Below are positions 18,001 to 28,450 of a stretch of DNA of 64,000 bases, one piece after another (within the stretch, counting starts at the first letter, position 1; each line of letters opens with the position of its first letter). Below the pieces are notes generated by a model, which did not search any database, was not told the DNA's origin, and was given only the letters and a program-made list of their open reading frames with translations. Source of the DNA: Clostridia bacterium. Lineage in GTDB: Bacteria > Bacillota > Clostridia > Christensenellales > Borkfalkiaceae. Made by a program: the position numbers and the translations under genes. Location of the stretch: contig CAAGAU010000040.1 of NCBI GenBank assembly GCA_900767885.1, positions 602 through 64,601 of the forward strand, in the 5' to 3' direction.

Positions 18001-20448
18001 ATGATTACCGAAAGAAACAGCGTTATTAAAATTAAAACGAATTTAAGCGGCAGCGGCGTTGTTTATATAGAATGCGAAAAAAAGATATTCGGCGCGGTAT
18101 TTGCGGTATCGCAACCGTCGGGGGAGGTTTTTAACGTCGGTTTGTCGACGGAAAACAACAAAGCCGTCGGCGAGTTTACCGTAAAAAATCCCGAACCGTG
18201 GAATATCGAATTCCCCGTTTTATACTCTTTTTCGGCTATGATAACGACCGAAGACGGAATCGAAAAAGCGGAGGGTAAATTCGCTTTCAGAACGATTACC
18301 TCAAACGGGAAAAATATCTGTATAAACGGAACGCCCGTGTTTATACGCGGATATATACGCGGCGCGACGGCGCACGAGCATCAGAACGACGCAAATCTTA
18401 CCGAAGAGGAGTTTTATCGGAAAAATATTACTCAGGCGAAGAAATTCGGCTTTAATACGGTAAGATTTCACTCGGTCGTACCGAACGAAACTTTTCTCGG
18501 GTTGGCGGACGAACTCGGAATGCTGGTACATATAGAACTCCGGCCTCCGCACGATATTTACAACAATCTTGAAGAAATGGTTACCACCGGCAACGCAATC
18601 GTGCCGGATGATTTTCTCGCGGAGGTCGTAAACAAAGGGTATAATCACCCGTCTTTGGCCGTTTACTGCATCGGCAACGAAATAAAAAACGCCCCCGCAG
18701 GAACGATAAGGGCGATAAAGAAAAAAATAGACGTTCTCGACGGCACGCGTCTGTTTCTCGATACCTGCGCATGGGGCGAGAACGGACGACCCGATATAGA
18801 TATTGACGTTCAGCATTTAAGTTATTATTTTCCGTTCGGTAAGCACGCGAAAATGTACGACGACACCGATAATCTGCTTGTCGTGGACAATTCCGAGACA
18901 AAACCGATGAAAACTTGCGGCAAAAACGCCCAAATAACGCGAACACCGCATTTTTCGGTGCCTTTGATCGCGCACGAGGTCTGTCATTATACGGCATTAA
19001 GAGATTTCGGCGGGCTTAAAAAGAAATTTTCGGAATACGGAACGCCCGTTCCGTGGTGGATAGACGAAGAGTTAAAAATCATTAAAGAAAAAGGCTATTC
19101 CGGGCGTTACGCCGAAATGTACAAGGCGAGCAAGCGCTTTCAATCGGAATGCTGGAAAACGGCGTTCGAGGCGATGCGCTCGAGTAAACTGCTCGGAGGA
19201 TTTCATTTTCTGCAGTTTGCCGATACCGACGTTTACGAAAACTCCAACGGAGTTGTTGATTGTTTTGACGACGAAAGCTACGTTACGCCGGAGTTTTTCT
19301 TGAAATTCAACGGCGACAGGGTTTTGCTTACGGATCTCGGTTACAGGCTTTTTTATGCGGGCGACGAAATCACTTTACCCGTAAACTTATCCAATTGCGG
19401 CGACACCGCGGAAAAAACGGTCCTTTTCAGGTTTATGCTTATCCGTGAAAACGGCGAGATTTGCGCCCTTGGCGAAATGCCCGAGGTTGACGTAAAGGAA
19501 AAAGGCGTATACGAAATATGTAAGATAAAGATACGTCTTCCCGAAGTGAAAAAATCCGAGAAACTTACGTTAAAGGTAAAACTTTTTGCAAAAGATAAAA
19601 TTTATTCCGAAAACGAGTGGGAACTTTGGGTGTACGAAAAAGAAAAGCCGATTTCGTATAAAGAATTCGTTACTTACGAAAGCGGAGACGCGGTAATTAC
19701 CGACGACGTTGAAAAAGCCTTCGAGAGCATTGAAAAAGGCAAAAACGTATGTCTTGTTTACCGCAGCGAATGGACCAGGCACGTTGCCGATAAGGCGCAG
19801 AAAAATCCGAAGTATGCATTTAAGGCGACGTGGAATCGTTTCAAACCCGTCATCTGGGACAGGGGAACGAATTACGGCGGACTTTGCAACGCGGAACTTC
19901 TCGGCAAATACGGCTTTGCAAGCGATAAATACTATGGTTTCAATTACTCGGTAATTTCGGAGGATTGCGATAAAATAATTCTCGACGATTTCCCCGTGGC
20001 GACGGAAACTGTCGTTTCGGGTATCGACAAAAGTTGCAGAGATCGTTTCGACGCTTATAAAGGCAGTTTTAATCTTCCCGAGATTATGCCGGACAGAACT
20101 CTGAGGGATTTCGGTTATCTGTTTTCTTTCGGCGTCGGCAACGGAAAACTGCTCGTGTGCGGGTTTAATCTTACGGGGCTGGATAAAAACGAGCCGTCGA
20201 GCGCGGCCATGGCAAAATTCATAAAGGAGTATATCCGAAGTGAAGATTTTGCTCCGAAGAATAAACTTACGTTGACCGAACTTAAACGGTATATGGAAAA
20301 ATGCGTTTCGTCGCCCGTAAAAGAGCGGATGATGACGCAATTCTGGGAACTTGACGACGCTCCCGTGGAAAGCCCCTCGTTCTGGAAAGAGTCGAGAGAG
20401 TATCTGATAAACAATAATGCTTATGAAAATAATTCATCTGATTTGTAA
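18001..20448 (+). CDS. Glycoside hydrolase family 2-like protein (beta-galactosidase/beta-mannosidase type)
   Basis: N-terminal sugar-binding-like beta domains, then a TIM barrel with FNTVRFHS and CIGNEIK (NE acid/base-like); cytoplasmic. Confidence 0.6.
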   Translation: MITERNSVIKIKTNLSGSGVVYIECEKKIFGAVFAVSQPSGEVFNVGLSTENNKAVGEFTVKNPEPWNIEFPVLYSFSAMITTEDGIEKAEGKFAFRTITSNGKNICINGTPVFIRGYIRGATAHEHQNDANLTEEEFYRKNITQAKKFGFNTVRFHSVVPNETFLGLADELGMLVHIELRPPHDIYNNLEEMVTTGNAIVPDDFLAEVVNKGYNHPSLAVYCIGNEIKNAPAGTIRAIKKKIDVLDGTRLFLDTCAWGENGRPDIDIDVQHLSYYFPFGKHAKMYDDTDNLLVVDNSETKPMKTCGKNAQITRTPHFSVPLIAHEVCHYTALRDFGGLKKKFSEYGTPVPWWIDEELKIIKEKGYSGRYAEMYKASKRFQSECWKTAFEAMRSSKLLGGFHFLQFADTDVYENSNGVVDCFDDESYVTPEFFLKFNGDRVLLTDLGYRLFYAGDEITLPVNLSNCGDTAEKTVLFRFMLIRENGEICALGEMPEVDVKEKGVYEICKIKIRLPEVKKSEKLTLKVKLFAKDKIYSENEWELWVYEKEKPISYKEFVTYESGDAVITDDVEKAFESIEKGKNVCLVYRSEWTRHVADKAQKNPKYAFKATWNRFKPVIWDRGTNYGGLCNAELLGKYGFASDKYYGFNYSVISEDCDKIILDDFPVATETVVSGIDKSCRDRFDAYKGSFNLPEIMPDRTLRDFGYLFSFGVGNGKLLVCGFNLTGLDKNEPSSAAMAKFIKEYIRSEDFAPKNKLTLTELKRYMEKCVSSPVKERMMTQFWELDDAPVESPSFWKESREYLINNNAYENNSSDL

Positions 20449-22807
20449 CGCCCACCTCGATCCTATATGGCAGTGGACGTGGGACGAGGGTATTTCTTCG
20501 GCTTTGTCTACGTTCAAGAGTGCGGCGGACCTTGCCGACGAGTTCGATTATATATTTTGTCATAACGAATCGCTTTTATACGAGCAGATAGAGCGGATCG
20601 ATCCCGAATTATTCGGCAGAATAAAAAAACTCGTAAAACAAGGCAAATGGGTGGTTGCGGGCGGATGGTATCTGCAACCCGATTGTCTTATGCCGTCCGG
20701 CGAAAGCATCGTAAGGCAGATAAAAGTAGGACAGAAGTATTTTTACGAAAAATTCGGCATAAAAAGCGAAGTGGCGGTAAATTACGACTCGTTCGGGCAT
20801 AGTATCGGTCTTGTTCAGATATTGCGCAAATGCGGTTATAAGGGATATATCGTATGCAGACCCAACCGCGTTCAGTGTCCCGTGCCGTCGAGATTTTTCA
20901 GATGGGTTGCGCCGGACGGCAGCAGTTTGATCGTTTCGGTCGCCTCTTCGTATAATTCGAGGCTCGGTAATGCGGTAAACAAGATAGACGAATACCTTGA
21001 CTGGAGAGAAACGAACATGCTCGGTTCCGAAGAGGGTGGCGGCAAAACGAGAGAGAATTACGAAACGGATTACGTCTTGTGGGGAGTGGGCAATCACGGC
21101 GGCGGTCCGTCCCGAAAAGATTTACGCGACATCGCAAATTACAAAAGAGACGGCGTAACTCTCATACATTCTTCGCCCGATAAACTGTTTAACGATAAAA
21201 TAGAAGTTAAAGGCGAAATGAGGAGTTCGCTTATAACCTGTATGCCGGGGTGTTATTCGTCTATGGCAAGGGTTAAACGCGCCCATCGCGAAACGGAAAG
21301 TCTTTATTATTCGGTTGAAAAAATGCTTTCTTACGCTTCGCTCTGCGGGTTCGATTATAATACCGACGACTTGCAGACCGCGCTTAAAAATCTGTTGCTC
21401 GGCGAGTTCCACGATATTCTGCCCGGCACCGTCGTTAAAGACGGCGAACAAAACGCGTCGGAGCTTTTCGAATCGGCAAAAAAAATACTTAACGATTACA
21501 GGACGAAAATCTTCTTGCGCCTTGCAATGAACAACCCCGTTGCCGAAAACGGCGAGTATCCGATATTCGTGTTCAATTATGCCGCGCACAAACTTAATAC
21601 GCCCGTGGAATTCGAGTTTTCGCTTGCCGACCAGAACTGGAGCGAGGAATTCGAATATAAGCCGCACGTTTATTATAACGGCGAAGAGATTGCCTGTCAG
21701 CAGATAAAAGAAAGGTCTACGCTTAACCTCGACTGGCGTAAACGCGTTATAATCGACGCCCCGCTTGCTCCCCTCGGAATAACCCGGTTTTCGGTAAAGA
21801 CCGAACGGGTGCCGAAAAAATCGGAACGTTATTCCGTTGACAATGCGAAAAAAGCGTTTAACGAAGATTTTCCCCGCGAGATTACGCTTATCCGTTACGA
21901 GGACAGCGCGGATCCATGGGCTATGAGTCCTGCCGAGCGCGAATTTTTAGGTAAGAATCCGCAGGAATTTTCCGTTATGACCGCCGGTCAGGCAGAAGAA
22001 TTCTGTAAAGCGAAAGGCATTTTGCCGTTCCATATAACTGAAGACGGAAAAATCGTAAGAGTTTACGAAAAGTTATTTAAATACGGCGAGGATAACGCCG
22101 TTATAGAATACAGAAAATATAAAAATCAACCGTTTACCGACGTGAAAATCACTGTTGAGTTTGTCGGTAAAAACGAACTTATACGGGCGAGGATCCCTAT
22201 GCCCGAAGGTGAGGTTATAGGCGACGGACCGTATATCGTGGAGAAAAAACCCGTAAAAGGCGAAATGACTTTTCAGAAGTGGGTAGGCATAAAAACTCCC
22301 GACGGAAAAGTACATGCTGTTATAAACGATTGCGTATACGGCGGAACGGCGGGCGACGGATATATAGAATTGACGTTGCTGCGCGGTGCGGGATATTGTT
22401 TCCACCCCATCAGGGAAAGACAGCTTTACCCTGAGGACAGATACCTGCCGAGAATAGACTGCGGAAGGTACGAGTTTAATCTTCGTCTGCTTATCGGCAG
22501 CGTGGAAGAGGTCTGCGAAGAAGCGGAGTCGTTTGCCTGCAGACCTTATGCCGTAAACGTATTCCCGACGGGCGGAAGTATGCCGACGATCGACGTAAAA
22601 GTAGATAAAGGCGTAGTGGTTTCGTCATTCGCCAAATCCGAAAACGGCGGATATTATATGAGATTATGGAATCCGTCCGAAAACGGTAAGGACGTAAACG
22701 TACAAACCGGAAACCTGAAAAAAACGATAGCAGTCAAGCCGTACGAAATAGTTTCGCTTAAAATAGACAAAGAAATAACCGCCGTCGGCGACGAAATCGT
22801 CGTATAA
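20417..22807 (+). CDS. GH38 alpha-mannosidase (cytoplasmic type)
   Basis: CNAHLDPIWQW (HxD..W.W), NYDSFGHS (nucleophile motif) and GVGNHGGGPS. Overlaps the GH2 stop; ATG 20423 is an alternative start. Confidence 0.8.
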   Translation: MLMKIIHLICNAHLDPIWQWTWDEGISSALSTFKSAADLADEFDYIFCHNESLLYEQIERIDPELFGRIKKLVKQGKWVVAGGWYLQPDCLMPSGESIVRQIKVGQKYFYEKFGIKSEVAVNYDSFGHSIGLVQILRKCGYKGYIVCRPNRVQCPVPSRFFRWVAPDGSSLIVSVASSYNSRLGNAVNKIDEYLDWRETNMLGSEEGGGKTRENYETDYVLWGVGNHGGGPSRKDLRDIANYKRDGVTLIHSSPDKLFNDKIEVKGEMRSSLITCMPGCYSSMARVKRAHRETESLYYSVEKMLSYASLCGFDYNTDDLQTALKNLLLGEFHDILPGTVVKDGEQNASELFESAKKILNDYRTKIFLRLAMNNPVAENGEYPIFVFNYAAHKLNTPVEFEFSLADQNWSEEFEYKPHVYYNGEEIACQQIKERSTLNLDWRKRVIIDAPLAPLGITRFSVKTERVPKKSERYSVDNAKKAFNEDFPREITLIRYEDSADPWAMSPAEREFLGKNPQEFSVMTAGQAEEFCKAKGILPFHITEDGKIVRVYEKLFKYGEDNAVIEYRKYKNQPFTDVKITVEFVGKNELIRARIPMPEGEVIGDGPYIVEKKPVKGEMTFQKWVGIKTPDGKVHAVINDCVYGGTAGDGYIELTLLRGAGYCFHPIRERQLYPEDRYLPRIDCGRYEFNLRLLIGSVEEVCEEAESFACRPYAVNVFPTGGSMPTIDVKVDKGVVVSSFAKSENGGYYMRLWNPSENGKDVNVQTGNLKKTIAVKPYEIVSLKIDKEITAVGDEIVV

Positions 22808-22837
22808 CGGCGGATGATAAGCGACGGAACTCCGCGT

Positions 22838-23686
22838 TTACGGCCGCGATTTTTGCGAAACGGCGTAAATTTCTTTATCGTAAGCGGGTTCGTGGTGCAA
22901 AAAGGTTAAATATTGTCTGTAAAACGTCGAATAATTGTCGTAATTACACATTTCGGCTACCGCTTTAATGGGTGCGCCGTCTAATATTTTCGATTGCGCA
23001 AACAATATTTTTTTTTGGTTTATATAGTGTTTAAGGCTGATGTGCATCTGTGTTTTAAAGGATTTATTCAACCATGCCTCGCCTACGAAAAAGTGGCGTG
23101 CTATGACTTTTGCGTTAAGGTTTTCGCACGGGTTTTCGTTGATATAATCTATTATTTCCGTAAGGGGATTGGTTTTCCCGTTCGTGCTGCCTTCGATTGT
23201 CGCGGAGCCGCTTTCGTCGTATTTAAGCACGGTAAGAATAGTCGATAAAGCCGAGGATTTAAGGTTTTGAAATTCGGTTTCGTCAAACGTTTGTTCAAGT
23301 TCTTTAAGTAACATAAACACGTTATAAACCGGCGAGTTTTTGGATGTGTGATAATAAGACCCGAGATTGTTTACGATTTTTTTCTGTTCGGCGTTTAAAA
23401 TTTGTTCCGAAAAGTTAAGAACGGCGCGCTCATATGGGACGTCCGATAAAACGTGCAAACCGTGATATTCCATCGGTCTGATAAAAAGCAGAGTGTTTTT
23501 CTTTAAGGGGTAGGTTACGTTTTCAATCGAATATTCGGCGTCGCCGTTGAAGAAAAAGAGAATCTCGTAATCGATATGCATGTGCAGAAAATATTTGATT
23601 CGTCTTTCGCACGAGGTGGGATTTTTATCGAGAAGATAGTCGTAGTTTAACGGGGATGAGTGGTATGTGATTTTTTTCATACTCAT
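22838..23686 (-). CDS. AraC/XylS family transcriptional regulator (cupin sensor plus C-terminal double HTH)
   Basis: N-terminal cupin-like FFFNGDAEYSIENVTYPLKKNTLLFIRPMEYHG; C-terminal AraC-type HTH region (IARHFFVGEAWLNKSFK...AEMCNYDNYSTFYRQY). Confidence 0.85.
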   Translation of the reverse strand: MSMKKITYHSSPLNYDYLLDKNPTSCERRIKYFLHMHIDYEILFFFNGDAEYSIENVTYPLKKNTLLFIRPMEYHGLHVLSDVPYERAVLNFSEQILNAEQKKIVNNLGSYYHTSKNSPVYNVFMLLKELEQTFDETEFQNLKSSALSTILTVLKYDESGSATIEGSTNGKTNPLTEIIDYINENPCENLNAKVIARHFFVGEAWLNKSFKTQMHISLKHYINQKKILFAQSKILDGAPIKAVAEMCNYDNYSTFYRQYLTFLHHEPAYDKEIYAVSQKSRP

Positions 23687-23767
23687 ATTTTATCAAAACG
23701 AAGTAAAAATTGCAATATATTTGCAAAAAAAATGAAAATGTTATTTTTTTAGGAAAGTCGGAGGAAT

Positions 23768-24799
23768 ATGGACGATTTGTATAAAAGATTTGCCGCGTGT
23801 AAAAGCGTTGCGGATTTTGAGGTTTTGAAAAAAGAAGTCAAAGACGTTTTTCAGCGCGAAGAATACGGATTTTTCCCCGAAAAACCCGTTTCGGTCAGCG
23901 GTAAGGTTATTTCGGAAGAGGAAACGATGGCGGGCAAGGCGATTCTCGAAAAAATCGAACTTACCATAGAATTGCGCGAAGGCGTTTATGTTTTTCCGTT
24001 TTGGTATTGTTACCCTATGCGGAAGAAAAACAAAACGATTTTGCTGCTTAATTTCAGAGATTGTTTTCCGGATAAATATCTGCCTGCCGAAGAGGTTATA
24101 GACGACGGATGGGCAGTGGCTGATATGTGTTATAACGACGTTACGCGCGACGATAACGATTTTACAAACGGATTTGCCGCATTGTTTGACCGTCAAAAAG
24201 AGGGTTCGGCGGGAAAAATCGTCATGTGGGCGTACGCAGCCATGCGTATAGCGGATTACCTGGAAACGAGAGAAGAAACGGATATGGAAAATCTTGCTGT
24301 CGTAGGACACTCGCGGCTCGGAAAAACCGCAATAGTAACGGCGGCGTTCGACGAAAGATTTAAGTTTTGTCATTCCAACTGCTCGGGAACGTGCGGCGCC
24401 GCGGCGTTTTTTATGAGAACGAAAGAAAGCGAGCCTGTAAGCGTTATTTCTTCCGTGTTCCCGCATTGGTTCCGCAACGGATTTTCCGATTATTCCGACA
24501 AAGAAAAGACAATGCCGTTCGAGCAGTATATGCTTATGTCTTTAATTGCTCCGAGGATGCTGAGCGTGGGGTCTGCCGTCGAAGATTTATGGGCTAATCC
24601 TCCCGCGGAACTGTATTCCGCCGCCAAGGCATCGGAAATATGGGAGTTGTACGGAGAAAAACCGCTTAAAGCGGAAACCGACCCCGAAATCGGTAAAATT
24701 TACGGCGATAAGGTAACGTATTACGTCCGCGAGAGAAAACATTATCTTTCGCGCGACGACTGGCACAGAATACTTGAAGTTTTTGACAGGCGGCTATAA
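23768..24799 (+). CDS. Alpha/beta hydrolase, CE15 glucuronoyl-esterase-like
   Basis: VVGHSRLGKTA resembles the G-x-S-R-x-G nucleophile motif of CE15; no signal peptide. Confidence 0.5.
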   Translation: MDDLYKRFAACKSVADFEVLKKEVKDVFQREEYGFFPEKPVSVSGKVISEEETMAGKAILEKIELTIELREGVYVFPFWYCYPMRKKNKTILLLNFRDCFPDKYLPAEEVIDDGWAVADMCYNDVTRDDNDFTNGFAALFDRQKEGSAGKIVMWAYAAMRIADYLETREETDMENLAVVGHSRLGKTAIVTAAFDERFKFCHSNCSGTCGAAAFFMRTKESEPVSVISSVFPHWFRNGFSDYSDKEKTMPFEQYMLMSLIAPRMLSVGSAVEDLWANPPAELYSAAKASEIWELYGEKPLKAETDPEIGKIYGDKVTYYVRERKHYLSRDDWHRILEVFDRRL

Positions 24800-24802
24800 T
24801 TT

Positions 24803-25462
24803 ATGAAAATCAATTTTTTAGGCGACAGTATAACGGCAGGGGCGTGGCTTACCTCGCCGGACGATAAGTTTACGGTTTTACTCTGCAAAAAACTCGGCGC
24901 AACCGAAAACAATTACGGCATAAGCGCAACGAGAATAGCGCGTCAGACAAAACCGTCGGAAAACAGGAGTTTCGATCAGGATTTTTTATCACGTCTGGAC
25001 AGTCTTGATGCGTCCGCCGATTTTACGTTTGTATTCGGCGGGACAAACGATTACGGACACGGCGACGCTCCTTTGGGTAACGTCGAAGATAAAACCCCTT
25101 ACACTTTTTACGGCGCAATGAATATAATGACCGAATACCTCGTCGGCAAATTCGGAAAAGACAGGCTTTGTTATATTCTGCCGCTGCCGAGGTACAACGA
25201 GGACGATCCTCACGGCGATAAAGGCTGTAAGACGGAGGGAGGAAAGCCGCTTGAAGAATACAGAAAAGCGATAAGGCAAATTGCCGGAAAGTACGGCGTT
25301 GATTTGCTTGATTTAAACGATATGTTTCCCGTACCCGAGGCACAGGCCGCCGACGAACTTACCGCCGACGGACTTCATCCGAACGCAAAGGGACACATGT
25401 TGATTGCGGACAGATTATACGAATATCTGACGAAAAAGCCGAATCTGACTGTAAACGGCTGA
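24803..25462 (+). CDS. SGNH/GDSL hydrolase (esterase)
   Basis: Block I FLGDSITAG, block III GGTNDY, block V DGLHPN. Confidence 0.85.
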   Translation: MKINFLGDSITAGAWLTSPDDKFTVLLCKKLGATENNYGISATRIARQTKPSENRSFDQDFLSRLDSLDASADFTFVFGGTNDYGHGDAPLGNVEDKTPYTFYGAMNIMTEYLVGKFGKDRLCYILPLPRYNEDDPHGDKGCKTEGGKPLEEYRKAIRQIAGKYGVDLLDLNDMFPVPEAQAADELTADGLHPNAKGHMLIADRLYEYLTKKPNLTVNG

Positions 25463-25477
25463 GTTGTATCGTTAAAA

Positions 25478-26347
25478 ATGAAAATCAGTATAAAAAAAGA
25501 AATAACAAGCGTTATTGCAACGCTGATTGCGTCGGCGGTTTCCGCGGCGGGACTGCATATTTTCGTTTTCGGTAATTCGTTTGCTCCGAGCGGTATAGAC
25601 GGTATCGCGACTATGCTTCAGGAAGTAACTAAAATCAATGCGGGCGTGTTCACTTTTCTTCTGAATCTTCCGTTACTTATAACGGCCTGGTTTATTTTAA
25701 AGCGAAGATACGTTATATATACGATTTTATTCACGGTTCTGGCGTCATTGTGGGTTTTAGTGCTTGGCGAGGTGCATTTTTATCAGTATATCGTCCAAAC
25801 GGATAAGGTCATCGTTGCGATATTTTCGGGGCTTATATTAGGCGTGAGAACGGGAATAATGCTCAGAATAGGCGCGTCGTCGGGAGGTATAGATATTATT
25901 GCCTGCGTCGTGCAGAACAAGTTCAACAGGGACGTTGAAAAGGTAATAAGTTTCGTTTGTTACATAATAATAGGCGCGTCGTATTTCGTATATAAAGATC
26001 TTACCTGTATTTTGTTGTCGATCGTGCAGATGTTTGTCTTTGAAAAAACAGTATCTTTCGTATTGAAAGACAGCAGAAACGCAGTCAAATTCGAAATAAT
26101 CACCAAAGAGCCGGAAAAACTCAAAGACGAAATTATCTACGAGTTGAAACACGGTGCGACCGTCGTTCGGAGCAAAGGTATGTTTACCGATGAGGAATCG
26201 ACGATAGTCGTAACGATTGTAAATACTCGTCAGGTCCCGGAATTTCTGAAATTTTTAAAAACTCGTCCGGATATTTTCGTTTATTATACGGACGTAACGG
26301 GCGTAAACGGAAATTTCCGTTGGCGAAAAGACGAAAAAGCAAAATAA
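25478..26347 (+). CDS. YitT family membrane protein (DUF2179 C-terminal domain)
   Basis: Five or more TM helices, then a soluble C-terminal domain; overall YitT-like layout. Confidence 0.65.
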   Translation: MKISIKKEITSVIATLIASAVSAAGLHIFVFGNSFAPSGIDGIATMLQEVTKINAGVFTFLLNLPLLITAWFILKRRYVIYTILFTVLASLWVLVLGEVHFYQYIVQTDKVIVAIFSGLILGVRTGIMLRIGASSGGIDIIACVVQNKFNRDVEKVISFVCYIIIGASYFVYKDLTCILLSIVQMFVFEKTVSFVLKDSRNAVKFEIITKEPEKLKDEIIYELKHGATVVRSKGMFTDEESTIVVTIVNTRQVPEFLKFLKTRPDIFVYYTDVTGVNGNFRWRKDEKAK

Positions 26348-26373
26348 AAATATAAATAAGGAGTCGCATAATT

Positions 26374-28116
26374 ATGAGATTAAAAAAAACAGCGATTATT
26401 CTGGCGGTATTGATGTTCTGCTTAACCTGCTTTGCGTGTAAGGGCGGATCAGGCGGCGTAAGCGGCGGGAGTACAGGCAGCGACAGTATAAGCGGCAGCG
26501 AGGAAATATCAGACGGATTGAAGGAACTCGATTCCGCAGATCACGAGCATGAATACATGTATGTAAAAACAGTTGTCGCCACGTGCGACAAAGAGGGCGT
26601 AAAAGCGCATTATAAGTGTAAAATATGCGGAATAGACGTTGTTAACGTAAAGGGGAAATTTTATGCGGCGTCCGCAAAGTCGCTGGCGACCCCAAAAAAA
26701 CAACATAGTTTTACAATGGAGGTCGCGGACGAGAAATATCTTGTTTCCGACGCTACCTACGATATGCCGAGAGTATATAAAAAGTCATGCGTGTGCGGAA
26801 TGGCCCCGGGCGACGGCGAATACGAAACGTTCACCGCGGGAAAGGCTCTTAAAGAATATGATAATGCCGATAAATCGCTTTATACGCCGACTTCTTTGAC
26901 TATGACGCTTTACGACGCCGCGAACTGCGTTTACGGTTTTACCTGGAATACGAACGATTATCCCGCAATGCCCGTCGTAACGTACAGCGAGAGCGAGTCG
27001 TTGAAAAGCGACGCGACGGAGGTTATGGCAAGAACGGAGGAGGCAAAATCGTTTGCATATTCCTCAAGCGGAGACGTGGCGATAACGTATTACGTTTCTA
27101 AAGCGGAAGTAAAATTAAAACCGAATACGGTATACACGTATAAGGTAGAGGATAAATATTTAGGTACGGCAACCAAAGCCGTAACGATAAAAACGCTTGA
27201 CGCGACCGCAAACAAAGTTAAATTTTCGCACGTAAGCGATTCTCAGGCGGGAGACGTTCCGAACGGTACGGGTAAGTATTTCAAAAGCGTGTTAGGCGCG
27301 ATAGAAAAGGGCGGAAGCGATTTTATTATCCATACGGGCGACGTGGTCGAGTATTCCAAGTACGAAAGTTTCTGGAAGGAAATGCTGGACGGTAATTTCG
27401 ATTATTTGTCGAAGATTCCCGTAATGGCAATATCGGGAAACCACGAAACAACTTATAAAAACGGTAACAACGAAACATATAAGCATTTTAACTATAAAAT
27501 TCCCGAACAACAGACGGACAAAGGATTTTATTATTCTTTTTCCTATGCCGACATCAGATTCGTAATGCTTAATACAAATCTTTTAACGGGCGGATGTCTT
27601 ACGGACGCACAGTATAAATGGTTGCGGAACGAGCTTTCCGAAAAGACGGAAAAGTGGACTATAGTAACGCTTCATAACCCCATATACTCGGTAGGAAAGT
27701 GGGGTGCGGACGAAAGCCGTAACGGTATCGCGCTGTCGCTCAGAAGTCAACTCGGCGATTTGTTTGCCGAAAGCGGCGTAGACGTGGTGTTGCAAGGACA
27801 CGATCATTGCGTTTCGAGAACGTTCCCGATAGGCAAAAACGGAGTGCCTGCGACCGAAAAGACAGTTGATATAGGCGGAATTTCGTATATCGAAAATCCC
27901 GAAGGCGTTTTATACGTTATGAACGGACCTGCGGGAAATCAGACGAGGACCGTATTTAAAAACGACGAAACTTTGTACGCGTACGCGATGGGTTCGTCGG
28001 TAAGTTCCTGGGCGGATTTTGAAATTGTCGGGGATAATCTTACCGTTACGGTAAAAACCGCTTATTCGGGCGTTGTAAAAGATATCGTTTCCTGGGGAAT
28101 AAAAAAATCGGCGTAA
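26374..28116 (+). CDS. Lipoprotein metallophosphoesterase (purple acid phosphatase-like)
   Basis: Lipobox CFAC. Calcineurin-like motifs GDVVEY, GNHE, LHNPIYS and GHDH. Cys/His-rich N-terminal segment. Confidence 0.8.
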   Translation: MRLKKTAIILAVLMFCLTCFACKGGSGGVSGGSTGSDSISGSEEISDGLKELDSADHEHEYMYVKTVVATCDKEGVKAHYKCKICGIDVVNVKGKFYAASAKSLATPKKQHSFTMEVADEKYLVSDATYDMPRVYKKSCVCGMAPGDGEYETFTAGKALKEYDNADKSLYTPTSLTMTLYDAANCVYGFTWNTNDYPAMPVVTYSESESLKSDATEVMARTEEAKSFAYSSSGDVAITYYVSKAEVKLKPNTVYTYKVEDKYLGTATKAVTIKTLDATANKVKFSHVSDSQAGDVPNGTGKYFKSVLGAIEKGGSDFIIHTGDVVEYSKYESFWKEMLDGNFDYLSKIPVMAISGNHETTYKNGNNETYKHFNYKIPEQQTDKGFYYSFSYADIRFVMLNTNLLTGGCLTDAQYKWLRNELSEKTEKWTIVTLHNPIYSVGKWGADESRNGIALSLRSQLGDLFAESGVDVVLQGHDHCVSRTFPIGKNGVPATEKTVDIGGISYIENPEGVLYVMNGPAGNQTRTVFKNDETLYAYAMGSSVSSWADFEIVGDNLTVTVKTAYSGVVKDIVSWGIKKSA

Positions 28117-28216
28117 CGCTTACGAGAACTTTCGGTCGGCAGACAAAACGCACGATATATCTTATTCAACCGAGAAATCAAGTGCTGTTGATAGAATAAC
28201 TTCATATTATGAGTTA

Positions 28217-28248
28217 AGGCGATAGAACGTTGTTTCTACCGCCTTTTT
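28217..28248 (+). terminator. Rho-independent terminator after the phosphoesterase gene
   Basis: AGGCGATAGAA / TTCTACCGCCT stem (one mismatch) followed by TTTTT. Confidence 0.6.
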
Positions 28249-28343
28249 ACGACAGGCAAACAGGAATTTCTGTTTGAAATATTCCTGACAAAATTTTAAG
28301 CTTGCAGCATATTTAATTTTTTTGAAAAAAGGGTGAAAATAAG

Positions 28344-28372
28344 TTGACATAAGTTCGGCAGTGTGCTATGAT
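28344..28372 (+). promoter_or_regulatory. Sigma-A promoter of the permease leader
   Basis: TTGACA (28344-28349), 17-bp spacer, TATGAT (28367-28372). Confidence 0.7.
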
Positions 28373-28450
28373 ATTCGCGATAAAATCTTTAAGGCGATAC
28401 AGAGATGTCGGCAAGAACGGTTATTTTATTACTATGCGTAAGTATGATAA

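Noticed and set aside
28397-28410. Firm call of a PyrR binding box
   Set aside because: By eye only about 9 of 13 positions match the UCCAGAGAGG-type core, and no pyrR gene is in the window. It is kept only as a possibility within the attenuator finding.
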